The notes below the pieces were generated by a model, which was not told where the DNA came from, ran no database searches, and saw only the letters and a list, made by a program, of their open reading frames with translations. A DNA stretch of 64,000 nt, taken from assembly GCA_014384675.1 (NCBI GenBank), contig JACNFK010000027.1:966-64965 (forward strand). The letters run 5' to 3'. Below, piece after piece: positions 40,707 to 49,606 of this stretch. A program made the position numbers and the translations under genes. Position 1 is the first letter of the stretch; every line of letters begins with the position of its first letter. Source of the DNA: Candidatus Thiopontia autotrophica (GTDB lineage Bacteria > Pseudomonadota > Gammaproteobacteria > GCF-002020875).

Positions 40707-41879
40707 ATGAGTAACGATATAAACAATACAGCGCTTTTCACCTCGGAGTCAGTATCCGAGGGGCACCCCGACAAAATGGCTGATCAGATATCTGATGCCG
40801 TGCTGGACGCGCTATTGAAGGAAGACATTCACTCACGCGTTGCCTGTGAGACCATGGTCAAGACCGGCATGGTTGTTCTGGCCGGTGAGATCACCACCAA
40901 TGCATGGGTTGATACCGAGGAGCTGGTACGCAAGGTGGTCTGTGATATTGGCTACGACTCCGCCGAGGTTGGCTTTGATGGGAAAAGCTGTGCCGTCCTC
41001 TCTGCAATTGGTAAACAGTCCTCAGATATTGCGATGGGTGTGGACGAATCAGAAGAGCATGAACAGGGAGCTGGTGACCAAGGCTTGATGTTTGGCTACG
41101 CATCCAACGAGACGGACGTGCTTATGCCTGCCCCTATCACCTACTCGCACAGACTGGTTGAGCGGCAGGCAGAGCTACGCAAAAACGGTGTACTGCCATG
41201 GCTACGCCCAGATGCCAAGAGCCAGGTTACCTTCCGTTACAGTGAGGGCAAGCCGGTTGGTATTGACGCAGTAGTGCTCTCTACCCAGCATGATCCTGAT
41301 ATTGCTTACAAGGATCTGCAAGAGGCTGTACTGGAGGAGATTATCAATCCTGTCCTCCCTGCAGAGTGGCTCGATGCCAATACCAAATACCATATCAACC
41401 CAACCGGCAACTTTGTTATAGGTGGACCTGTTGGTGACTGCGGTCTTACCGGAAGAAAAATTATTGTAGATACCTATGGAGGCATGGCTCGCCATGGTGG
41501 TGGCGCCTTCTCTGGCAAGGACCCATCCAAGGTTGATCGCTCTGCGGCATATGCAGGACGTTATGTTGCCAAGAATATTGTTGCTGCGGGGCTGGCCGAA
41601 CGCTGCGAAATTCAGGTCTCCTACGCAATTGGTGTTGCTGACCCCACCTCGGTCTCTGTTGAGACATTTGGTACCGGCGTCATTGATGACTCCAGAATAG
41701 AGGAGCTGGTACTGGAATTCTTCAACCTGAAGCCTCGCGGAATTGTCGAGATGCTTAATCTGCTACGCCCAATCTATCAGAAGACAGCCTCTTATGGACA
41801 CTTCGGCAGAACAGAAAATGAGTTTACCTGGGAGCATACCGACAAGGCTGACGCGCTACGCGACGCTGCTGGAATCTGA
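40707..41879 (+). CDS. metK: S-adenosylmethionine synthase
   Basis: [25 protein letters not shown] and GGGAFSGKD motifs; 390 aa. Confidence 0.97.
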   Translation: MSNDINNTALFTSESVSEGHPDKMADQISDAVLDALLKEDIHSRVACETMVKTGMVVLAGEITTNAWVDTEELVRKVVCDIGYDSAEVGFDGKSCAVLSAIGKQSSDIAMGVDESEEHEQGAGDQGLMFGYASNETDVLMPAPITYSHRLVERQAELRKNGVLPWLRPDAKSQVTFRYSEGKPVGIDAVVLSTQHDPDIAYKDLQEAVLEEIINPVLPAEWLDANTKYHINPTGNFVIGGPVGDCGLTGRKIIVDTYGGMARHGGGAFSGKDPSKVDRSAAYAGRYVAKNIVAAGLAERCEIQVSYAIGVADPTSVSVETFGTGVIDDSRIEELVLEFFNLKPRGIVEMLNLLRPIYQKTASYGHFGRTENEFTWEHTDKADALRDAAGI

Positions 41880-41901
41880 TGAACTTTTAATACCACAAAA
41901 A

Positions 41902-41975
41902 CCTCAGCCCGGGGAGCGCTGCAACGGCACCCCCGCCAGGCCCGGACTGAGGCAAATACAAGTAACTGCGCTCTC
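41902..41975 (+). promoter_or_regulatory. SAH riboswitch (S-adenosylhomocysteine-sensing) upstream of ahcY
   Basis: CCGGGGAGCGCUGC...GCCAGGCCCGG...AACUGCGCUCUC matches the remembered SAH-element blocks (CCGAGGAGCGCUGC / GCCAGGCUCGG / AACGGCGCUCAC). The P1 change A:U to G:C is compensatory, and the GAGCGC/GCGCUC pseudoknot is present. It ends 33 nt before the ahcY ATG. Confidence 0.78.
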
Positions 41976-42007
41976 GATTGATTGATTATTGAAACAAAGG
42001 AAAGAGA

Positions 42008-43417
42008 ATGAACAATATCGAGACCACAGACAACTACATCATCGCTGACATGAGCCTCAAGGATTGGGGCCATAAAGAGCTTCGTATCGCAGAGAGTGAA
42101 ATGCCTGGACTGATGGCACTGCGTGAAAAATATGGTGAGGACAAACCTCTAAAGGGGGCACGTATTGCCGGCTCTCTCCATATGACCATCCAGACTGCTG
42201 CACTGATCGAGACTCTGATCGCACTTGGTGCAGAGGTGCGCTGGGCATCATGTAATATCTATTCAACACAAGATCACGCTGCGGCAGCTATTGCTGACCA
42301 GGGAATTCCCGTCTTTGCCTACAAGGGTGAGAGCCTGGAAGATTACTGGGACTATAGCCACAAGATCATGGAGTGGTCTGATGGCAGCACCCCGAACATG
42401 ATTCTGGATGATGGTGGTGATGCCACTCTGCTTATTATTCTCGGCTCCAAGGCAGAGAGTGATCTCTCCGTATTGGACAATCCAACCAGTGAGGAGGAGG
42501 AGGTTCTCTATGCAGCGATCAAGAACAAGTTGAGTGAATCCCCAAACTGGTACTCCAACATCCTGAAAAACATTCAGGGTGTTACCGAGGAGACCACAAC
42601 CGGCGTTCACCGTCTCTACCAGATGCAGGAGGATGGGGAGCTTCCATTCCCAGCCATTAACGTCAACGACTCCGTCACAAAATCAAAATTCGACAATCTC
42701 TACGGCTGTCGTGAATCACTGGTGGACGGAATCAAGCGTGCAACAGATGTAATGATTGCCGGAAAGATTGCCGTTGTTCTCGGTTATGGGGATGTTGGCA
42801 AGGGATGTGCCCAATCGCTACGTGGCCTGGGTGCAACTGTCTGGATTACTGAAATTGACCCTATCTGTGCCCTACAGGCGGCAATGGAAGGGTACCGTGT
42901 AGTAACCATGGATGATGCCGCCTCACAGGGAGATATATTTGTAACCGCAACCGGCAACTTCAATGTGATTACTCACGACCATATGGTACAGATGAAGCAT
43001 GAAACCATCGTCTGCAACATTGGCCACTTCGACAATGAGATCGATGTTGTAAACATGAAGAAGTATGAGTGGGAGAATATCAAACCACAGGTTGATCACA
43101 TTACCCTGCCAAGCGGCAACAAGATCATTCTGTTAGCTGAGGGACGACTGGTTAACCTTGGTTGTGCTACAGGCCACCCAAGCTTTGTTATGTCCAACTC
43201 TTTTACCAACCAGACTCTGGCACAGATCGAACTCTTCAACCAGAAGGGTGAGTACAAGAATGAGGTCTACACCCTGCCGAAACATCTGGATGAGGAGGTT
43301 GCGCGCCACCACCTTGAGAAGATTGGTGCCAATCTCACCACTCTAAGCAAGACCCAGGCAGACTATATCAGCGTACCGGTAAATGGCCCTTATAAACCAG
43401 AGCATTATCGCTACTAG
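42008..43417 (+). CDS. ahcY: Adenosylhomocysteinase
   Basis: 469 aa with [17 protein letters not shown] and IGHFDNEID motifs. Confidence 0.97.
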   Translation: MNNIETTDNYIIADMSLKDWGHKELRIAESEMPGLMALREKYGEDKPLKGARIAGSLHMTIQTAALIETLIALGAEVRWASCNIYSTQDHAAAAIADQGIPVFAYKGESLEDYWDYSHKIMEWSDGSTPNMILDDGGDATLLIILGSKAESDLSVLDNPTSEEEEVLYAAIKNKLSESPNWYSNILKNIQGVTEETTTGVHRLYQMQEDGELPFPAINVNDSVTKSKFDNLYGCRESLVDGIKRATDVMIAGKIAVVLGYGDVGKGCAQSLRGLGATVWITEIDPICALQAAMEGYRVVTMDDAASQGDIFVTATGNFNVITHDHMVQMKHETIVCNIGHFDNEIDVVNMKKYEWENIKPQVDHITLPSGNKIILLAEGRLVNLGCATGHPSFVMSNSFTNQTLAQIELFNQKGEYKNEVYTLPKHLDEEVARHHLEKIGANLTTLSKTQADYISVPVNGPYKPEHYRY

Positions 43418-43432
43418 CTTTTTCAGAGATTC
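43417..43432 (+). repeat. 16-nt fragment identical to the right end of MITE copy A
   Basis: GCTTTTTCAGAGATTC at 43417-43432 equals 10682-10697. It starts at the last base of the ahcY stop codon. Confidence 0.5.
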
Positions 43433-43445
43433 TCTAGGCACTGCA

Positions 43446-43513
43446 AGGAGGTTGAGTTATCCTGTTGGCCGAAACCGGGTGCGCCTGAGGGGAAAAGGAT
43501 AACCCAACCTCCT
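43446..43513 (+). other. Long hairpin (17-bp stem, 16/17 paired, 34-nt loop) in the ahcY-metF spacer
   Basis: AGGAGGTTGAGTTATCC (43446-43462) is complementary to GGATAACCCAACCTCCT (43497-43513). No T-run follows. It ends 21 nt before the metF ATG. Confidence 0.75.
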
Positions 43514-43534
43514 GATACCGAGACGACAAAATAT

Positions 43535-44371
43535 ATGAATCAATCAGCCCCACAATTTAGTCTGGAATTCTTTCCTCCAAAAACAGAGGCGGGGAGAGAG
43601 AAACTGCAGACAGCTCAAAAAGAGCTATTCAGCACGATACAGCCTGCCTATGCCTCAGTTACTTTTGGTGCAGGTGGTAGCACCCAGGAGGGAACCTATG
43701 ATGCTGTGATGGAGATCCAGCAACAGGGGGTTGATGCAGCTCCCCACCTCTCCTGTATTGGTGCCACCAAAGATAGCATCACCGCAATTCTTAGAGGATA
43801 TCAGGAGAAGGGTATCCACCGCATTGTTGCTCTGCGGGGTGACATGCCGTCTGGAATGGGGGCATCTGGTGACTTCCGTTACGCTAATGAACTAGTCTCA
43901 TTTATCCGTGAAGAGAGCGGCGACCATTTTCATATTGAGGTAGCTGCCTATCCGGAATTTCACCCTCAGGCTCCAGACGCCTTTACCGACCTGCAAAATT
44001 TCAAACGCAAGGTTGATGCTGGTGCAGATAGTGCAATTACCCAATATTTCTACAATATCGATGGCTACCTCCGCTTTGGTGAAGATTGTGCTGCAATGGG
44101 GCTTGATCTACCGATCGTCCCCGGCATTATGCCAATCACCAACTACACCAATCTGGCACGATTCTCCGAGATGTGTGGGGCAGAGATCCCTCGCTGGATC
44201 AAAGAGCGTCTAATAGCCTATAGGGATGATACGGAATCACTGCGTGCGTTCGGTCTGGAGGTCACTACCAGACTATCTCAGGACCTGTTAAGTGCCGGCG
44301 CACCAGGGCTCCACTTCTACACCATGAACCAATCAGCCCCAACGCTACAAGTATTTAACAATCTGAACTAG
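43535..44371 (+). CDS. metF: Methylenetetrahydrofolate reductase
   Basis: FSLEFFPPKT, AAPHLSCIG and HFYTMN motifs; 278 aa. Confidence 0.93.
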   Translation: MNQSAPQFSLEFFPPKTEAGREKLQTAQKELFSTIQPAYASVTFGAGGSTQEGTYDAVMEIQQQGVDAAPHLSCIGATKDSITAILRGYQEKGIHRIVALRGDMPSGMGASGDFRYANELVSFIREESGDHFHIEVAAYPEFHPQAPDAFTDLQNFKRKVDAGADSAITQYFYNIDGYLRFGEDCAAMGLDLPIVPGIMPITNYTNLARFSEMCGAEIPRWIKERLIAYRDDTESLRAFGLEVTTRLSQDLLSAGAPGLHFYTMNQSAPTLQVFNNLN

Positions 44372-44380
44372 GATTAACCT

Positions 44381-44914
44381 ATGGGACAACTCTTCTCCGC
44401 ACTGAAAGAGCGCCATATCGAATTTATTGAGCAGCAGCATATCTATTTTGTTGCTACTGCCCCCAAAGAGGGGCGCATCAACCTCTCACCAAAAGGGCTT
44501 GACTCACTCCGAGTCCTCAACAACAACCGCATACTCTGGCTAAATCTTACAGGTAGTGGAAACGAGACTGCAGCACATCTGCTGGAGGACCACAGAATGA
44601 CTCTGATGTTCTGCTCTTTTGAAGAAAAACCACTAATCCTTCGCGCCTACGGAACTGCATCGACGATTCACCCCGATGAACCCTCGTGGGATGATCTATA
44701 CAGCAACTTCTCCCAAGGAAATGGTGCAAGACAACTTATTGATCTTAAAGTTGATCTTGTCCATAGCTCATGTGGGTTTGGAGTTCCAAGAATGGAGTTT
44801 CTTGGTAAGAGAGAGACCCTGGATGAGTGGATTGAGAAAAAGGGAGAAAAAGGAATCCGTCAATACTGGGAGGAGAAGAACATGATCAGCATGGATGGAA
44901 AGCCAACCAGATAA
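44381..44914 (+). CDS. Pyridoxamine 5'-phosphate oxidase-family (FMN-binding split-barrel) protein
   Basis: 177 aa; FVATAPKEGRINLSPKG... is typical of PNPOx-like proteins of unknown specificity. Confidence 0.7.
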   Translation: MGQLFSALKERHIEFIEQQHIYFVATAPKEGRINLSPKGLDSLRVLNNNRILWLNLTGSGNETAAHLLEDHRMTLMFCSFEEKPLILRAYGTASTIHPDEPSWDDLYSNFSQGNGARQLIDLKVDLVHSSCGFGVPRMEFLGKRETLDEWIEKKGEKGIRQYWEEKNMISMDGKPTR

Positions 44915-44937
44915 TTTTCTGTACACCAGTCGCCCAT

Positions 44938-44975
44938 AAAAAAACCGCCTCTGAGCACAGGGCCCAGGGCGGCGG
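44938..44975 (-). terminator. Strong intrinsic terminator reading on the minus strand
   Basis: Minus strand: GCCGCC-CTGGGC-cctgt-GCTCAG-a-GGCGG followed by TTTTTTT. The stem is about 11 bp with one bulge and one G:U pair. It lies about 140 nt downstream of the stop of CDS 45116-45370. Confidence 0.8.
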
Positions 44976-45115
44976 TGACGGCTCTCTAAATTGGGGGAAA
45001 GAGAGCGCATCAGCATGAGCCTTTGTTGATGACGGTATTCGAGGAGGAGGGTGAATCCGACATCAGCTCAAGCCCTATATTATAGATTAACAATATAGGT
45101 AGTTGCAACCATTTT

Positions 45116-45370
45116 CTACAATATCGTCACCCCAACCACCTCTTGTCCATCAAGCTGCAACTCCACCTTGCCCCAACACTCTACCCGATTGATGGTACAG
45201 CCTGATGCGCTCATAACGATCTCCTCAAAATTCAGCTCAACCAGCGCCCTCTTCTCATCTTGCTCCAATACCTCAAATTTGAGAGTTGCGTTATCAACCC
45301 AGCCATTTTCTGTTGTCAGATAGGCGATCTCACGAAAACTTTTCAGATATTTCTCAATAACATCATACAT
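45116..45370 (-). CDS. Small hypothetical protein (84 aa; 92 aa if started at 45394)
   Basis: MYDVIEKYLKSFREIAYL... is preceded by AAAGGAGAG with 9-nt spacing. No family recognised. Confidence 0.5.
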   Translation of the reverse strand: MYDVIEKYLKSFREIAYLTTENGWVDNATLKFEVLEQDEKRALVELNFEEIVMSASGCTINRVECWGKVELQLDGQEVVGVTIL

Positions 45371-45414
45371 TGTTGGCAACTCTCCTTTGACCATTCAGGA
45401 CAACTACATATTCC

Positions 45415-45542
45415 TTAAGGAAGCTCTGATTAAGTCACTTCGTGACTCAATCAGAACTCCCTCTCAAGTTATCCTATGGGGGCACCTGTTGATCCCTTCC
45501 CCCAAACCCCAATCCCATTACGCTTGTTCAGAGGTTCCTTAA
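45415..45542 (+). mobile_element. MITE-like element copy C (120-bp body 45419-45538, internal 29-bp deletion, TTAA/TTAA flanks)
   Basis: It has the same termini as copy B and lacks exactly the segment equivalent to 23075-23103. TTAA occurs at 45415-45418 and 45539-45542. It fills most of the divergent spacer between the small ORF and rsmE. Confidence 0.85.
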
Positions 45543-45574
45543 CTATCATTGAAACATTATACTCCCCCACACCC

Positions 45575-46312
45575 ATGCCAATCCCCAGAATTTACAGCGA
45601 GTCCAAGCTGTCTCCAAACAGCACCATTGAACTGAGTGAAGCAAGCCGACGCCACGTTGTTCAGGTATTGCGTCTAAAGCAGAATGACCATCTTGTTCTG
45701 TTTGATGGCAACGGAGGAGAATTTCCAGCCACTATAGATCATATTGAAAAACGGTCAGTTACCGCTCTTATCACAGATAGAGAAAACCCGGAACGTGAAA
45801 GCCCCTTAGCCATTCACCTGTTCCAGGGGATATCAAAAGGTGAGCGGATGGATTACGCCATCCAGAAGGCTGTTGAAAACGGAGTCAGAGAGATCACCCC
45901 TGTTTTTTGTGAACGTAGTGTGGTTAAACTTGACCAGAAACGGCTCGACAAGAAGACCGGGCACTGGAGAAAGGTGGTTATCTCTGCCTGCGAACAGTGT
46001 GGTCGCAATATTGTTCCGCCAGTTCATGCCCCAGTAACTCTGCACAAAATGCTTGCTGACAACAATTCCAAACAGGGATTTATACTTGATCCAAAATCCA
46101 GGCAAAGGCTCTCTGAATTGCCTCCCCCAAAACCAGTCACAGAAAGTATTGGTATCATAGTAGGGCCTGAGGGAGGGTTAACTGACCAAGAAATTATCTC
46201 TGCACACGAGAGAGGATTTCATGGGGTAACAATGGGGCCACGAATTCTACGAACAGAGACGGCATCTGTCGTAGCCATAACCATTATGCAAACACTCTGG
46301 GGAGATTTATAG
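45575..46312 (+). CDS. rsmE: 16S rRNA (uracil1498-N3)-methyltransferase RsmE
   Basis: MPIPRIY... N-terminus and IIVGPEGGLTDQEI motif. The ORF-track start at 45476 lies inside the MITE and is rejected. Confidence 0.88.
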   Translation: MPIPRIYSESKLSPNSTIELSEASRRHVVQVLRLKQNDHLVLFDGNGGEFPATIDHIEKRSVTALITDRENPERESPLAIHLFQGISKGERMDYAIQKAVENGVREITPVFCERSVVKLDQKRLDKKTGHWRKVVISACEQCGRNIVPPVHAPVTLHKMLADNNSKQGFILDPKSRQRLSELPPPKPVTESIGIIVGPEGGLTDQEIISAHERGFHGVTMGPRILRTETASVVAITIMQTLWGDL

Positions 46313-46317
46313 CCACA

Positions 46318-47625
46318 ATGTTTACATCAGATTCTCCAGTTCCAAACCTCACAACTGCTCTGACTGGGCCACTTCGGGAGATTGAATCTCACCTGCTGGA
46401 GCGACAGCCTCAGATTGAGACCTGGTTTCGTAGTGAATGGAAGAAAAGTGCCGCCCCTTTTTATACCTCAGTAGACCTGAGAAATGCCGGTTTCAAACTG
46501 GCGCCTGTGGACACCAATCTATTTCCTGCTGGGTTCAACAACATCAATCCGGCATTTTTTCCGCTATCGGTACAGGCAATTCAGAGTGCAGTGGAGCGTG
46601 CCTGCCCTACTGCCTGCAATATTCTTCTCATTCCAGAGAACCATACCCGCAATACCTTCTATCTGGAAAGTCTGGCAACACTGAGAAAGCTACTCCAGCA
46701 TGCCGGTTTTGCCGTTCGTATTGGCTCCCTGATAGAGACACTGGAGTATCCAGAGACAATATCACTACCATCAGGCGCAGATATAACTCTGGAACCTATT
46801 CAGAAGAGCGGGAGCAATATACAACTGGAAGGCTTTGTTCCTTGCATCATTCTACTGAATAACGACCTCTCTGATGGTATTCCCGAAATACTACAGGGTG
46901 TCGATCAATCAATTATTCCTCCTCTCGAACTGGGGTGGAACAACCGAAGAAAATCAGACCACTTTCAACACTACAATCAGGTAGCCAACGAGTTTGCTGC
47001 ACAACTGGATATTGATCCATGGCTGATCGACCCACTGTTCGAGAAATGTGACTCCATCGATTTCAAGAATCGCGAAGGAGAGGAGTGTCTGGCTGCCCAT
47101 GTTGACCATCTGTTAAAAGAGATCCAGAAAAAATATGACCAGTATGGTGTGGATCTGCCCCCCTTCGTCCTGGTCAAGGCAGATGCCGGCACCTATGGAA
47201 TGGGAATAATGACTATCCACAATGCCAGTGAGGTTCATGAACTGAATCGCAAGCAACGCAACAAGATGGCAAAAAGCAAGGGGGGGCAATCGGTTACTGA
47301 TGTGATTATCCAGGAGGGCGTATATACATTTGAGACCATTGGAGAAAATCAGGCCGTTGCCGAGCCTGTTGTCTACATGATGGATCACCATGTAATTGGC
47401 GGCTTTTATCGAGTACACACCTCAAGAGGAGCGAATGAAAATCTCAATGCACCAGGCATGCACTTTGAGCCACTCTCATTTGCAAACCCACTCAATCTGC
47501 CAGACCATACCCAGGAACCTGATGCAGAACCAAACCGTTTCTATGCCTATGGTGTAATTGCACGACTCGCAATGCTGGCTGCCGCAAGAGAGATTCATGA
47601 AGTTATTGGAGGAGAGAACGCATGA
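46318..47625 (+). CDS. gshA: Glutamate--cysteine ligase (short proteobacterial type, as recalled for the T. ferrooxidans-type family)
   Basis: 435 aa with FYTSVDLRNAGFKLAPVDTNLFPAGFNN and an ATP-grasp-like C-terminal half. It lies directly upstream of, and overlaps, gshB. Confidence 0.75.
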   Translation: MFTSDSPVPNLTTALTGPLREIESHLLERQPQIETWFRSEWKKSAAPFYTSVDLRNAGFKLAPVDTNLFPAGFNNINPAFFPLSVQAIQSAVERACPTACNILLIPENHTRNTFYLESLATLRKLLQHAGFAVRIGSLIETLEYPETISLPSGADITLEPIQKSGSNIQLEGFVPCIILLNNDLSDGIPEILQGVDQSIIPPLELGWNNRRKSDHFQHYNQVANEFAAQLDIDPWLIDPLFEKCDSIDFKNREGEECLAAHVDHLLKEIQKKYDQYGVDLPPFVLVKADAGTYGMGIMTIHNASEVHELNRKQRNKMAKSKGGQSVTDVIIQEGVYTFETIGENQAVAEPVVYMMDHHVIGGFYRVHTSRGANENLNAPGMHFEPLSFANPLNLPDHTQEPDAEPNRFYAYGVIARLAMLAAAREIHEVIGGENA

Positions 47626-48566
47626 GGATTGGTATTGTTATGGATCCAATTCAGACGATCCACCCATACAAGGATAGCAGCCTTGCCATGCTGCTTGAGG
47701 CCCAGAAACGGGAGTGGGAGATCCACTACATGGAGATGGATGACCTCTTTCTGGAACAGGGCACAGCCATGGGACAGACTCATCTACTTCAGGTTATGGA
47801 TGACATGAAGCAGTGGTATGTTCTGGGGGAAAAACAGGCCATGCCGCTATCAAATCTTGATGTTATCCTGATGCGGAAGGACCCTCCATTTGATAGAGAA
47901 TATCTATACGCTACCCACATTCTGGAACTTGCAGAACGTGATGGCGCCATGGTGGTAAACCGCCCACAAGCTCTGCGTGACCTCAATGAAAAGCTTGCTA
48001 CATCATGGTTTCCAGAACTCTCTCCTCCCTCTCTGGTAACCAGCAACGAGGCACGTATCAGACAGTTTCTTGATGCACATGAGGAGATCATCCTGAAACC
48101 ACTCGATGCCATGGGTGGGACATCAATATTCCGTCTTCGTTCAGGCGATCAGAATACCGGGGTTATTATCGAGACAATTACAAATAACGGATCAAGTTAC
48201 GTAATGGCACAACGCTTTATTCCGGAAATTACAGCAGGAGATAAACGCATCCTGATGGTTGACGGAGACCCTATTCCATATGCTCTGGCACGTATTCCGG
48301 CTGAAGGTGAAAATCGCGGCAACCTTGCTGCTGGTGGGCGTGGGGAAGGTATTCCGTTGTCAGAGCGGGACTTGGAGATTGCCCAAAAAGTCTCTCCTCT
48401 TCTGCAAGAGAGAGGCCTGCTATTTGTTGGCCTTGATGTTATCGGTGACTGGCTCACCGAAATCAATGTCACCAGTCCAACCTGTATCAGAGAACTTGAT
48501 AATAAGTACGATCTGAATATTGCAGGAGATCTTATGGATGCAATTGAGCGGAGACTGGGACAATAA
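47622..48566 (+). CDS. gshB: Glutathione synthetase
   Basis: MRIGIVMDPIQTIHPYKDSSLAMLLEAQKR aligns closely with the enteric GshB N-terminus; 314 aa. Confidence 0.95.
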   Translation: MRIGIVMDPIQTIHPYKDSSLAMLLEAQKREWEIHYMEMDDLFLEQGTAMGQTHLLQVMDDMKQWYVLGEKQAMPLSNLDVILMRKDPPFDREYLYATHILELAERDGAMVVNRPQALRDLNEKLATSWFPELSPPSLVTSNEARIRQFLDAHEEIILKPLDAMGGTSIFRLRSGDQNTGVIIETITNNGSSYVMAQRFIPEITAGDKRILMVDGDPIPYALARIPAEGENRGNLAAGGRGEGIPLSERDLEIAQKVSPLLQERGLLFVGLDVIGDWLTEINVTSPTCIRELDNKYDLNIAGDLMDAIERRLGQ

Positions 48567-49606
48567 AATTCCGCCTGACACTATCCTTTTTCACACTTCT
48601 CATACTTACTGGATGCGAACGAGCGCCGGAAGTTTACAGAGATCAGTTCCTTGCCTTTGGAACCATTGTATCCATCTCTATCTGGGACAGCAGCGAGGAG
48701 CAGAGCCTGAAAGCCAGCAGAGTGATTCGTGATGACTTTGCCGCAATGCATGACACCTGGCACGCATGGAAAAGGGGCGGCCTGCTAAGTGAGATCAACC
48801 AGGCCTTTGCGGACGGTGCTCCAATTCAGATTGCATCTGAGGCATCCTCGCTATTAAAGAAGACCGCCCTCCTCTCCCGTCAGAGTGGAGCTCTTTTTAA
48901 TCCGGCAATTGGCAACCTCATTGCGCTCTGGGGGTTTCATGGTGAGGAGTGGAGCGGGCCACCCCCTTCTCAAGAGGAGATAGATATTCTGATACAAAAC
49001 AGTCCATCAATGGATGGTCTCCAGTTCAATAATGGAACAGTCAGTAGCAACAACAGGAATATCAAAATTGATCTGGGAGGTATCGCAAAAGGCTATGCCG
49101 TAGACCGCGCCATAACCAAGCTCAAATCTCTAGGCATCAAAAACGCCATAGTAAATACAGGTGGTGACCTACGTGCCATAGGGAATAGAGGGGAAAGCGC
49201 ATGGAGCATTGGTATCCAATCGCCAGATGGGAAAGGTGCAATAGCCTCTATTAATCCACAAAATGATGAATCTATCTTCACCTCTGGCGACTATGAGAGG
49301 ATGTTTATCTATGCAGGCAAGCGTTATCATCACATTATCACCCCGAAGACAGGTTGGCCTGCAACAGGAGCCCGCTCTGCCACCGTCATCCCCTCTGACG
49401 CCATGGTTGCAGATGCTGCAGCAACCGCCATGTTGATTGCCTCACCAGAAGAGCGATCAATGGTTGCAGCTCAAATGGGTATTAGGTATGTTTTGGTTAT
49501 TGGTGAGGATGGTATTTTTTACATGACTACAGAGATGCAGGATCGTCTTCATTTCCAGCAAGATACAACACCCAAAATACGGCAACTAAATTACAAAAAC
49601 CCATGA
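48563..49606 (+). CDS. apbE: FAD:protein FMN transferase ApbE (lipoprotein); apparent non-canonical ATA start
   Basis: GGIAKGYAVDRA and SGDYERMF...RYHHIITPKTGWP motifs. The frame is open back to 48548 and encodes (I)KFRLTLSFFTLLILTGC, a lipobox signal peptide. There is no ATG/GTG/TTG before the ORF-track GTG at 48722. Confidence 0.8.
   Translation: MKFRLTLSFFTLLILTGCERAPEVYRDQFLAFGTIVSISIWDSSEEQSLKASRVIRDDFAAMHDTWHAWKRGGLLSEINQAFADGAPIQIASEASSLLKKTALLSRQSGALFNPAIGNLIALWGFHGEEWSGPPPSQEEIDILIQNSPSMDGLQFNNGTVSSNNRNIKIDLGGIAKGYAVDRAITKLKSLGIKNAIVNTGGDLRAIGNRGESAWSIGIQSPDGKGAIASINPQNDESIFTSGDYERMFIYAGKRYHHIITPKTGWPATGARSATVIPSDAMVADAAATAMLIASPEERSMVAAQMGIRYVLVIGEDGIFYMTTEMQDRLHFQQDTTPKIRQLNYKNP

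Noticed and set aside
45041-45098. Tiny plus-strand ORF (GTG 45051, 15 codons) behind the GAGGAGGAGGG motif.
   Set aside because: The start codon abuts the Shine-Dalgarno-like run with no spacer, and the peptide is very short and unconserved as far as can be seen. The motif is more plausibly functional as CCUCCUCC on the minus-strand RNA.
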